Counted from the stretch's first letter, positions 1 through 9,300 are shown. The stretch is 32,000 nucleotides of DNA from Okeania sp. KiyG1 (GCF_014132355.1 NZ_BLZO01000093.1:154881-186880); one strand, 5' to 3'. Notes: generated from the sequence alone by a model not told the origin. Numbers and translations are program-made.

Positions 1-2
1 TA

Positions 3-191
3 CGAATTTATAACAACCAAGCAAAAGCTGAAGAGTTATTAAAACCGATGGCAGAGCATTTAACGGTACATGGTATTGGCAGCATCAGTGAAATTTTTGA
101 TGGAAATGAACCGATGACACCCCGTGGTTGTATTGCTCAAGCGTGGAGTGTTGCAGAAGTTTTGCGAGCGTGGACGGTAATTAATGGATAA
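3..191 (+). CDS. 3' end of a glycogen debranching enzyme (amylo-alpha-1,6-glucosidase, GDE_C type); the 5' part lies outside the window
   Basis: Frame 3 is open from the window edge to TAA at 189-191. The translation ...HGIGSISEIFDGNEPMTPRGCIAQAWSVAEVLRAWTVING carries the C-terminal GSISEIFDG..P..PRGC.AQAWSVAEVLR motif I recall from GDE_C debranching enzymes. It is absent from the ORF track because it has no start in the window. Confidence 0.65.
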   Translation, partial: RIYNNQAKAEELLKPMAEHLTVHGIGSISEIFDGNEPMTPRGCIAQAWSVAEVLRAWTVING

Positions 192-238
192 TTGATAATT
201 AATAATTATTAATCAAATGAGTTAAAAGTACTCCAGTA

Positions 239-301
239 GGGTGCGTTAGACGGCAAAAATATAAGCTTTCAAAGGCATTTAACAATCCGTCGTAACGCAC
301 C
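239..301. repeat. Hairpin repeat (TAACGCACC class), possible terminator after the debranching-enzyme gene
   Basis: Inverted arms GGGTGCGTTAGACGG (239-253) and CCGTCGTAACGCACC (287-301) are separated by ~33 nt, about 50 nt after the stop codon. Confidence 0.5.
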
Positions 302-350
302 ATTTTAGCTATCTGTTATAATCAAACCAAAAAAGTTGGTGAGTTGAACA

Positions 351-683
351 ATGCTTAAAATAGCTATTGATGGTTTAAATGCTGTCCAATTTACAGAAGA
401 AATTCTGGCAATTGAAGGTATAGAAGGTAGTTATGAAATAGTTGGTATTGAAAGAGAAGCTGATTTAGCAACTATCGCGACAATAGTTGGAATTGGTGCA
501 GGAACTTCTGTTATGATTATTAATACTCTAAATATTGCAGAGAAGATTTCCCAGTGTTTCAAAAAACATGAGACAAAACTAGAGAAGGTAGAATTTGTTT
601 CTAAGAATGGCAACCGAGTTATACTTCACGGGGCAACTGTAGAACAAATTAAAGATATTTTGGAAAGTTTCCTGAAAAAATAA
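351..683 (+). CDS. Small protein with a central hydrophobic segment; candidate EACC1-like (effector-associated constant component) partner of the downstream CHAT-STAND gene
   Basis: 110-aa ORF whose stop (681-683) lies 2 nt before the ATG of the next gene, suggesting translational coupling. Layout: N-terminal KIAIDG strand, hydrophobic IATIVGIGAGTSVMIINTL, C-terminal KVEFVSKNGNRVILHGATVEQIKDILESFL. This resembles my recollection of EACC1 proteins; it was not searched. Confidence 0.55.
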   Translation: MLKIAIDGLNAVQFTEEILAIEGIEGSYEIVGIEREADLATIATIVGIGAGTSVMIINTLNIAEKISQCFKKHETKLEKVEFVSKNGNRVILHGATVEQIKDILESFLKK

Positions 684-685
684 CT

Positions 686-3501
686 ATGCAAATTCTTCAC
701 TTAGACTTGAAATTAATAGGGGATAATTATGCTCAATTCCGATACTTTTGGAATAATCCTAATAATTATCAAACCTCCGAGCAATTACCTCTGACAAAAA
801 TTTCTGCTCTAGTCGAAAAGTCAAACTCATACTATTACACCAGACTGCCAGAAGACCCTGACAAAACTGGTCAAATACTTTATAACTGGTTAGATGGAAA
901 TAGCCGTATTTTGCAAAGGGAAATTGATAAAAATCGACGAGAAGGAATTGTTTTAGCTATTTCTACTTCAGAAAGATTAGCTCATTTACCTTGGGAATTG
1001 CTCCATGATGGTAAAGGATTTTTAGTTAATTCTAAACCTGCCATTATTCCTGTTCGTTGGATGACGGATAGTCAACAACTTTCTTTTCAAAATCAACCTC
1101 ATAACCGAGCATTAAATGTTGTGTTTATGGCAACTTCCCCCCCGCAACATGGGAGACCATTTTTCGGAACTTGATTTTGAAGCGGAGGAGGGAAGTATTT
1201 TAGAAGCAACTAAAAGAACACCTTTGTTTTTAGAAGTAGAAGAAAGTGGTTGTTTGACTGAATTAGGTTATCTGGTGGGAAATCAGGAAGAGAATTTTTT
1301 TTGATGTTATTCATCTCACAGGTCATACAAAATTTCGGAATGATAAACCTTGCTTTGTTACTGAGACAGAATATGGAGAGGCAGAATATAGTAGTGGGGA
1401 AGATATTGCTACACAATTACAATATCGATACCCTAAACTGATTTTTCTATCCGGTTGTCGGACTGGATATGAATATGAAGAAAATATTCCGTCAATGGCA
1501 GAATCTTTATTGAGTGAACGTGTAACAGCAGTTTTAGGATGGGGCGATCGGGTTTTAGATACAGATGCAACAACAGTAGCAGCAAAATTTTATCAGGGGT
1601 TGTCTTCTGGAAAAAGAGTAACGGAAGCATTGGCGGAAACTTACCAGGAATTAATTAAAGTTAATGCTAGAGACTGGCATAAATTACGACTTTATGTGGC
1701 GGGTAGTTTACCGGGAGCGTTAGTAACTCCCTTGAGAAAACCAGGTCGGAAACCTGCACCCCGTTACAACAAAACAATTGATGAATTTAGGGATGAAGAG
1801 CGTAAATTTAGAGTAGTAAATCGTGAAAATTTTGTTGGTCGTCGCCGTCAGTTACAAAATTGTCTCCGTGCTTTTAAGTTAGATGATAAGTTGGGAATAT
1901 TAATTCATGGTATGGGAGGTTTAGGAAAAAGTACCATTGCTTCTCGACTTTGGGAACGTTTCTCGGAATATGAAACAGTCTTATGGTGGCAACAAATAGA
2001 TAGTTCTAATTTAGTACAAAAATTGGCAGATAAATTGAGGGATGCTGACCTACGTTCTAAATTACAAAATAATAAAAATGGACTTAAATATAGGTTGCGA
2101 GATTTGTTTGAAAATTTGATTGAAGCTGGAGCAAAACCTTTTCTTTTCCTCTTTGATGATTTTGAATTTAATCTCGAACCTCGTGAGGGTGGATTTGTTT
2201 TGAAACCTGAAGTGGCAGAAGTTTTAGATGCTTTGGTTTTTGCAATTCGAGAAATAGGTAGGGAAAAAATTATTATTACTTCTCGTTATGAGTTTCAATA
2301 TGATTTATTAAGTGAGTTTTGGGTACAAGGTTTAGACGCATTTCGCAAAGCTGATTTAAAGAAAAAATTGAAACGTCTGGAGAATTTTAATTCGGGAAAA
2401 ATTGATGAAAAGTTAATCGAAAGAGCCTTAAAACTTGCAGATGGAAATCCCCGTTTATTGGAATGGTTGGATAAAGATGTGCTTGCCTGTAAGAATATTG
2501 ATGCCAAACTAACTGAGCATGAATCTAGTTCTGAAGATTGGAAATGGAAAATAACTAGGTCTGAACTTTATGCACAAATTGATGAAAAAGGTATTCAGGT
2601 ATTGAGTAATTGTTTAGTGTTGGAAATTCCTGTACCGATGTTAGCTTTAGATGCGGTTTGTGAGTCTATTTCTGGTTATCAAGAAAAGTTAAATCAAGCG
2701 GTAGATTTAGGTTTAATAGAAACTGGTTCGGAAGTAGAAGAATCTGAGCGTGTTTATCGAGTTTCACGGATTGTACCTCATATTATTTCGAGTATTAAAT
2801 TGCCTGAAGTTCCTGAAGTTTATTCTTTGTATGAAAAAGGTTCGGAAAAGTTGTTTGAGTTATGGGGGAAGAAAGACAATAGAAGTGAGGAAAAATGGCG
2901 TGAGATTTTCCGGTTAAAGTTTGCCAATAAAGAAAATCCTGAGCGATTTCGAGAGGGATTTTCTCAAATGTTGTCCTGCGACTATTATAGTGCAGCTGAT
3001 TCTGCTTATAAGTCTGAACTTAAGCAAATCAAAACGGAACTAACAGAACTACTAAAGAATAATAATTTGGAAGAATATTTGTGTCAAGGTGAATGGAGAA
3101 AAGCTGATGAGCAGACAGTAGTTATTTTTTATCAAGTAATGGCATTAAGGGATATTCAAACATCTTTTATTTATGATGATAAGGAGTTTCCAATGTCAAT
3201 ACTTAAGTACATAGACCAACTTTGGATAAAATATAGTAATGGTAAGTTTGGTTTTTCCGTCCAAAAGAAAATTTATCAGAGTTTGGGTGGAAAAGGAAAA
3301 TATGACAAGGAAGTATACGAAGCATTTGGTAATGAAGTCGGATGGCGTTCAGGAGAAAAACAGTTGCATTATTCAGACCTAACTTTTAGCTTGAATACTG
3401 ATTATACTGGGCATCTCCCGTTTCAGGCATGGCAGTATTGGGAAGCGACAGAATCAATGAGGCCGAAGATAGAATTTGTTAATTTGGGTAAACTTTTATG
3501 A
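686..3501 (+). pseudogene. CHAT (caspase-like) protease - STAND P-loop NTPase (NB-ARC/NACHT-like) - GUN4 domain protein, interrupted by two +1 frameshifts
   Basis: Three collinear ORFs: 686-1174 (frame 2), 1116-1304 (frame 3), and frame 1 open from 1303 to 3501. The CHAT N-region has HLPWELLHD. Catalytic His lies in DVIHLTGH (His codon 1324-1326) and catalytic Cys in IFLSGCRTG (1456-1458). Walker A is GMGGLGKST (~1909-1935) and Walker B is LFLFDDFE. The C-terminal GUN4 signature is IDQLWIKYSNGKFGFSVQKKIY...VGW...LHYSDLTFSL...GHLP (~3088-3420). The frame changes coincide with a C7 run (1137-1143) and a T8 run (1295-1302). Removing one base from each gives a continuous ~937-aa protein (FMATSPRNMGDHFSELDFEAEE and EENFFDVIHLTGH). 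Confidence 0.8.
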
Positions 3502-3596
3502 TTGATCTGGAGGGGTGAATTTGAATATCTGACAACTGAGCAGCTAGTCTCAATAGTCTCCCAATTATCTTCCCGAAGTAATTATTAGAGGTTTTT

Positions 3597-3800
3597 ATGA
3601 ATTTAAAATTAGTTAAATCCTTAGCAGAAATAATTAACAACTTAACTCCAGAAGAAAAACAGCTTTTGGGAAAAATGATTAATTTAATTCAAGATAATAA
3701 CCAACCTGAAAATCAGTCTTGGCATGAGTTTATTGAAAACACTTATGGCAGTATTCAAGATGAAACTTTTGTCAGACATTATCAAGGTAATTTTGAGTAG
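3597..3800 (+). CDS. Small hypothetical protein, antitoxin-like C-terminal motif (function uncertain)
   Basis: 67-aa ORF with AGAGG 8 nt upstream of the ATG. The C-terminal W.EFIENTYGSIQDETFVRHYQG.FE resembles the W..F...T.GS..D..F.R..QG.YE tail I recall from small cyanobacterial antitoxin-type proteins. No toxin partner is visible. Confidence 0.4.
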   Translation: MNLKLVKSLAEIINNLTPEEKQLLGKMINLIQDNNQPENQSWHEFIENTYGSIQDETFVRHYQGNFE

Positions 3801-3820
3801 AAAAAATTATTTGAATAAAA

Positions 3821-3936
3821 GTAGGTTGGGTAGAACGAAGTGAAACCCAACAAATAATACCAAACTCAAAACAGGTAGTTAGAGTTGGGTTTATCCTTCG
3901 GATAAGCTGCGCTAACGTTACCTCAACCCAACCTAC
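3821..3936. repeat. Composite palindromic repeat element (GTAGGTTGGG ... CCCAACCTAC) between convergent genes; possible bidirectional terminator or MITE
   Basis: The termini GTAGGTTGGG (3821-3830) and CCCAACCTAC (3927-3936) are inverted. Internal hairpins: GTTGGGT...ACCCAAC (3825-3851), a second GTTGGGT...ACCCAAC (3884-3933), and a nested TTATCC-TTC-GGATAA. Confidence 0.6.
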
Positions 3937-3947
3937 AAACTAATTAA

Positions 3948-6900
3948 TTAACTATTCTCTGACAATTTCTTAGCTTTGCACAACTGCACCCAATGTTTCC
4001 AACCCATATACAAACCAAATAACAATATCGCCCAAACAAAACTAGGTTCTGGAATACCTACCATCCCATCAGGAGTCTGTTTTTTCACTTTCTCCCGACG
4101 ACTAGAACTACTAGGATCAACTCGTTGCTCGTCACTCACCGCCACAAAAGCAGTATATTTCGACATCAACCGATAACCCAAAGCGACATTTGTCACAGCT
4201 TCAACTTTTTCTGACATCTCCCCATCAGTCATTTCCAACATCAATTCCTTAATTTTGGCTCGTCCCCAAAGTTGAGCGATCGCTTCATTCCCACCATCTG
4301 AGTCGAAGCGCAAGGGAAAGGTCTTACGATATGGTTTTCCACCAGCAGCAACGGCAGTTATTTGCAAGTTTCCACTGAGTCGGTCTTGTTTACGTCCGTA
4401 CAAAATTAAAGGTTCTTGAGCAAATAAGTCTGCAGGTTTGAGTGGGAATATTTCGGGAGCTTCTCCTAAACCCTGCCAAGTTACTTCTATATTGGTCAAA
4501 ACTGGGTTATTAATTTCATTGAAAAACTTTTCTACTACCGCATCGACAGATTCATCGTGACGTACAACATGGACTGTACCCCGTCCTACTTCTGCTAGTC
4601 GGTTTAATAAAAATCGATTTACGGAGCTACCAACACCAAAACTATAGAGACGGTTTCCTGGTTGTAGTTGTTTTTGTATGCGAGAAATGATTTGATTTTC
4701 ATTGCCAATTAAACCATCTGTTACTAGGACAATACTTCGCAGTCGCCCATTTTTTGCTGGTGAAAAGTTCAGTACAGTATCAATTCCATTGAGTAATTCT
4801 GTTCCACCATTTGCCTTTAAGTTATTAACATAATCTATGGCTTTTTTCTGGTTAGCAGGAGTATTAGCTAAAGGTTGGGTTGATAATGTTTGAGCGCTAT
4901 TAGCAAAGTCAATAATTGTGAAGGTATCGTCAGGATTTAATCCCTGAAGAAAACGGCGCATTAATACTTTTGATTGTGCTAAAGGCGCACCGCTTTGGGA
5001 ACCGGATGTATCCATCAAAAATACTACATCTTTCGGTACAATTTCTTTGGTTTGATATTCCAGAGCGGGAATTAAAGAAACTGCAAAATGTCCGCCTTTA
5101 TTATCTGCTTGAGAGAGAACTGTAGATTGGGTTTCTTTGCCAGCTACTTGATAACGAAGAACTAAATCTTTATTGGGAATAGTGTCAGTTTTGTTTAATT
5201 GTACTTGAGTAATAGATGGTAATCCTGACGCAGCAATTTTTTGAATTTGGATTTGATGGGAGGGAGAGATAATATTAGAAATTGGTACTCCGGCATCAAT
5301 TTCAACTGTGACATTAATATCATGACCAGAACGTTCTTTTGGTGGAGTTTTTGCCGTTTGAGAAAGTAAGTTAGTCAGATAATTTGTGGTAGGTAAACTG
5401 GCTAAATGAATTGGTTTTTCTGGAAAACTACTTAAATTAGAATTTCCTGGATTATAACGAGGTCCGACAACCATTGGAAAGACAAATTCATAGTCACCCC
5501 CGGCAAATTTTAAAGCATCAGTGTAGCGAATTACTACCTCTATAGTTTCCCCTGGTTGAATATTAGCTAAAGACTGAGTAAAAATATTAGCTCGTTCTTG
5601 TTCCAGTAAAGCAGCAGTTTTTCCTTCTTTTTTAGCTTTATTGTAGATTTTTTTTGCTTGTTCCCGTTTTTTAATCATGCCTTTAATCACGCGATCGCCT
5701 ATACGAATTTCCATATCATCCACGGCAGATTCATCGGGAAGTGGAAATTGATAAACTGCTTCTAAAGGAGTTTTATAAGGATTAGTAAAACGTTGTACTA
5801 CTTCTACTCTCGATACATTTCCCGCAATTTTAGCTGTAACATCTGTATGTTCTAATGGAAAAGCTTGTACTGTCCCTGTGGGAGATTTTGCATATAATCC
5901 GCCAAATTCTGGAGGCGAAATAACTGGTTTTTGAGGTTCTGATTTAAGTTTTTCTGATTGAATAACAACAGGTTTTTGTCGAGGAGAACTTGAAAATATT
6001 CCTGCTAAAACTATCCCCGTTAAAAATAAGCAAGTTATACCTGCAACTCCACCAATAAATAATTTAGGAAGATTATTTTTGACTGTAGTTAATTCTGGAT
6101 AACTATTCAAATCATGTAAAATTTCCCGTGCTGTTTGATAACGATTTTTAGTCGCAGTTTTCAGCATTTTATCAAGAATTTGACTCAACTGAAGAGAAAC
6201 AGGACTTTTCAAATAATCTCGCCAAACCCAACTATCCTCACTACTATCAAATAAATCAAAAGGTGCTACTCCAGTAAGTAGATAAATACAAGTTATAGCC
6301 AAACTATAAATATCACTAGCAAAGATAGCTTTACCCCTTACTTGTTCCGGCGCAATATATGCTGCTGAACCAATTAAAGTTCCAGTTTTTGCCAAAGCAG
6401 TTTTAGAGGTAAATTTAGCTGCACCAAAATCAACTAAAACTAGAGAATTTTTTTGATTTTCATCCCGCTCGGAGTTAGCAATACGAACAATATTTTCTGG
6501 TTTAATATCTCGGTGTATTACCTGATGGCTATGAACAAACTCCAAGATAGGTAACATTTCATTCAGAAATTCTCGGATTTTAGCTTCACTGAAAACTCCC
6601 TCTGTTGCCAACTCTTCAGCTAAGTTTTGACCAGCAATATATTCTTGTACTAAATATTGATGATTATCTTGAACTAAATGAGCAAAAAGTTCTGGTATTT
6701 GTCGATGTTTGCCGAGGGTTTCTAAACGTATTGCTTCTTGTTCAAATAATTCTGTAGCCTTCTGAATACTTTTAGCATCTTGAACTGTAGAGAAAAATTG
6801 TTTAATTACACATAAAGGTTTTGAAGGTTTGAACTCATCCACAGCTTTAAAAGTTCGACCAAAACCACCCTCACCAATAATTTCTAAAGCACGATATCGT

Positions 6901-7004
6901 TCTGCCAATAATAGTTTTGAACCACATTCCTGACATAGTTCTGTTTCTGCTGAATTCTGATGTAAACAGTTAGGATTAAAACATTTACTCATGGCATTTC
7001 TCAA
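3948..7004 (-). CDS. Ser/Thr protein kinase - TM - VIT domain - von Willebrand A domain - C-terminal PEP-CTERM-like anchor
   Basis: 1018-aa ORF. The N-terminus has a zinc-ribbon-like CFNPNC...CQECGSKL. Hanks kinase motifs: GEGGFGRTF, VIHRDIKPENI, DFG, APE. TM helix: LFIGGVAGITCLFLTGIVLAGIF. VIT-like block: PLEHTDVTAKIAGNVSRVEVVQRFTNP...AVYQFPLPDESAVDDM. vWA MIDAS: VVFLMDTSGSQSG. C-terminal tail: GIPEPSFVWAILLFGLYMGWKHW..KAKK. Confidence 0.85.
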   Translation of the reverse strand: MRNAMSKCFNPNCLHQNSAETELCQECGSKLLLAERYRALEIIGEGGFGRTFKAVDEFKPSKPLCVIKQFFSTVQDAKSIQKATELFEQEAIRLETLGKHRQIPELFAHLVQDNHQYLVQEYIAGQNLAEELATEGVFSEAKIREFLNEMLPILEFVHSHQVIHRDIKPENIVRIANSERDENQKNSLVLVDFGAAKFTSKTALAKTGTLIGSAAYIAPEQVRGKAIFASDIYSLAITCIYLLTGVAPFDLFDSSEDSWVWRDYLKSPVSLQLSQILDKMLKTATKNRYQTAREILHDLNSYPELTTVKNNLPKLFIGGVAGITCLFLTGIVLAGIFSSSPRQKPVVIQSEKLKSEPQKPVISPPEFGGLYAKSPTGTVQAFPLEHTDVTAKIAGNVSRVEVVQRFTNPYKTPLEAVYQFPLPDESAVDDMEIRIGDRVIKGMIKKREQAKKIYNKAKKEGKTAALLEQERANIFTQSLANIQPGETIEVVIRYTDALKFAGGDYEFVFPMVVGPRYNPGNSNLSSFPEKPIHLASLPTTNYLTNLLSQTAKTPPKERSGHDINVTVEIDAGVPISNIISPSHQIQIQKIAASGLPSITQVQLNKTDTIPNKDLVLRYQVAGKETQSTVLSQADNKGGHFAVSLIPALEYQTKEIVPKDVVFLMDTSGSQSGAPLAQSKVLMRRFLQGLNPDDTFTIIDFANSAQTLSTQPLANTPANQKKAIDYVNNLKANGGTELLNGIDTVLNFSPAKNGRLRSIVLVTDGLIGNENQIISRIQKQLQPGNRLYSFGVGSSVNRFLLNRLAEVGRGTVHVVRHDESVDAVVEKFFNEINNPVLTNIEVTWQGLGEAPEIFPLKPADLFAQEPLILYGRKQDRLSGNLQITAVAAGGKPYRKTFPLRFDSDGGNEAIAQLWGRAKIKELMLEMTDGEMSEKVEAVTNVALGYRLMSKYTAFVAVSDEQRVDPSSSSRREKVKKQTPDGMVGIPEPSFVWAILLFGLYMGWKHWVQLCKAKKLSENS

Positions 7005-7026
7005 CTTTCTAGAATGACAGTCATTT

Positions 7027-7060
7027 CAGTTATCAGTTATCAGTTATCAGTTATCAGTAT
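7027..7060. repeat. Heptamer tandem repeat (CAGTTAT)x4 plus a partial copy
   Basis: Direct reading; located just upstream of the kinase start codon on the minus strand. Confidence 0.9.
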
Positions 7061-7177
7061 CTCTGCAATAAGGAGGCTACAAAAATACAGAATCTTCTTT
7101 TCTCTTAGTCTGATGGATATGGTTCTGAGACCTCACTATCCCACCCTATTCTTAAGAGACAATATTGTTGTGTGACT

Positions 7178-8810
7178 AATCAACCCAAAACGATATTACC
7201 TAAGATTTTAAATAAGGAAATAGCATTTTGTTTATCTCCACTGTCAACTTCCTATTTTCCCGAATAGTAGAAAAAAATTTTTGTCTAACTTTTTTTGTAA
7301 AGTGCAAGAGTTACAACAAATTGATAAATTTTTGCTACAAATAGCTAGGATATTTCTTAGGAGTCAGGAGTCAGGAGTCATATGGGAATGACTTTAATAC
7401 CAGTTTTTAGGTCGGAATTTATCTGTTTAGTTCAAGAGATATCTCCGATAAAGTATTTTAATTATCCTCATTATTCGTAACATTCTTTTTCAAATTAGTA
7501 TAATCAACCCAAAACGACATTATCTAAGATTTTAAATAAGGAAATATCATTTTGTTTATTTCCACTGTCAACTTCCTATTTTCCCGAATAGTAGAAAAAA
7601 TTTTTGTCTAACTTTTTTGTAAAGTGCAAGAGTTACAACAAATTGATAAATTTTTGCTACAAATAGCTAGGATATTTCTTAGGAATCAGGAGTCAGAAGT
7701 CAGGAGTTGTATCGGAATGACTTTAATACCATTTTTTAGGTCTGAATTTATCTGTTTAGTCCAAGAGATATCTCCGATAAAGTATTTTAATTATCCTCAT
7801 TATTCGTAACATTCTTTTTCAAATTAGTATAATCAACCCAAAACGACATTATCTAAGATTTTAAATAAGGAAATATCATTTTGTTTATTTCCACTGTCAA
7901 CTTCCTATTTTCCCGAATAGTAGAAAAAATTTTTGTCTAACTTTTTTGTAAAGTGCAAGAGTTACAACAAATTGATAAATTTTTGCTACAAATAGCTAGG
8001 ATATTTCTTAGGAATCAGGAGTCAGAAGTCAGGAGTTGTATCGGAATGACTTTAATACCATTTTTTAGGTCTGAATTTATCTGTTTAGTCCAAGAGATAT
8101 CTCCGATAAAGTATTTTAATTATCCTCATTATTCGTAACATTCTTTTTCAAATTAGTATAATCAACCAAAAACGATATTACCTAAGATTTTAAATAAGGA
8201 AATAGCATTTTGTTTATCTCCACTGTCAACTTCCTATTTTCCCGAATAGTAGAAAAAAATTTTTGTCTAACTTTTTTTGTAAAGTGCAAGAGTTACAACA
8301 AATTGATAAATTTTTGCTACAAATAGCTAGGATATTTCTTAGGAGTCAGGAGTCAGGAGTCATATGGGAATGACTTTAATACCAGTTTTTAGGTCGGAAT
8401 TTATCTGTTTAGTTCAAGAGATATCTCCGATAAAGTATTTTAATTATCCTCATTATTCGTAACATTCTTTTTTCAAATTAGTATAATCAACCCAAAACGA
8501 CATTACCTAAGATTTTAAATAAGGAAATATCATTTTGTTGATCTCCACTGTCAACTTCCTATTTTCCCGAATAGTAGAAAAAAATTTTTGTCTAACTTTT
8601 TTTGTAAAGTGCAAGAGTTACAACAAATTGATAAATTTTTGCTACAAATAGCTAGGATATTTCTTAGGAGTCAGGAGAGTCATAATGAATGACTTTAATA
8701 CCATTTTTTAGGTTTTAATTTATCTTTTTATTCCAAGAGACATCTCGGATAAAATATTTTAATTTCCCTTATTATTCGTAACATTCTTTATTCAAATTGT
8801 TAAAATATTT
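7178..8810. repeat. Tandem array of five ~324-329-bp units (pattern A-B-B-A'-C), non-coding
   Basis: Units start at AATCAACC at 7178, 7502, 7831, 8160 and 8485. Units 2 and 3 are identical (they give the identical ORFs 7624-7809 and 7953-8138). Units 1 and 4 differ by about 2 positions. Unit 5 is diverged. Each unit embeds an (AGGAGTC)n heptamer tract, and a TATAAT box sits at each internal junction (7499-7504, 7828-7833, 8157-8162, 8482-8487). Confidence 0.9.
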
Positions 8811-8921
8811 TGCTCTATCGCTAAGTACTATTCATCCACATATAGTATTACTATGCAGAACTACTAAAAAAATAAATTTCATATTTCAAGCTTCCTACTT
8901 CAGCAGTCGGTAATGATAGTG

Positions 8922-9300
8922 GTGAAAAAAATTTACCCATAAATGTCGATTTGACTAAAAACAGAGTTTGATTCTCATAACTCTAATAAATGATATATAG
9001 GCTATTTCTACTGACTACTGACTACTGACTACTGACTCCTAAAGAATGTAGTGAAAAAAATTTACCCATAAATGTCGATTTGACTAAAAACAGAGTTTGA
9101 TTCTCATAACTCTAATAAATGATATATAGGCTATTTCTACTGACTACTGACTACTGACTCCTGACTCCTAAAGAATGTGTTTAAAAAAATTTACCTAGAA
9201 ATGTCGACTTGACTAACAACAGAGTTTGATTCTAATAACTCTAATAAATTATATATGGGCTATTTCTACTGAATCTTGACTCCTGACTCCTAAAAAATGC
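8922..9300. repeat. Tandem array of three ~126-129-bp units, each ending in (CTGACTA/CTGACTC)n heptamers
   Basis: Units begin at 8922, 9051 and ~9177 (GTGAAAAAAATTTACCCATAAATGTCGATTTGACTAAAAACAGAGTTTGATTCTCATAACTCTAATAAATGATATATAGGCTATTTCTACTGACTA...). The third unit overlaps the 3' end of the methyltransferase ORF. Confidence 0.85.

Noticed and set aside
1210-2507. Minus-strand ORFs 1210-1416, 1433-1630 and 2295-2507
   Set aside because: They are antisense shadows inside the CHAT-STAND gene, with low-complexity products and no family resemblance.
7624-8138. Two identical 61-aa ORFs (7624-7809 and 7953-8138) that could be read as a duplicated small gene
   Set aside because: They are simply units 2 and 3 of the 329-bp tandem repeat. 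They start at GTG and run through a heptamer tract. The frame closes early in the A-type units (TGA after ...GVRSQESYGN), so coding potential is not conserved within the array.
7178-8810. Direct identification of the 327-bp units as NsiR1 genes
   Set aside because: I cannot recall or align the NsiR1 sequence, and I do not see the TCCGGA (DIF-type) motif (only TCCGAT). Only the tandem-array-with-promoter layout is analogous, so it is kept as an analogy in the finding and not as an annotation.
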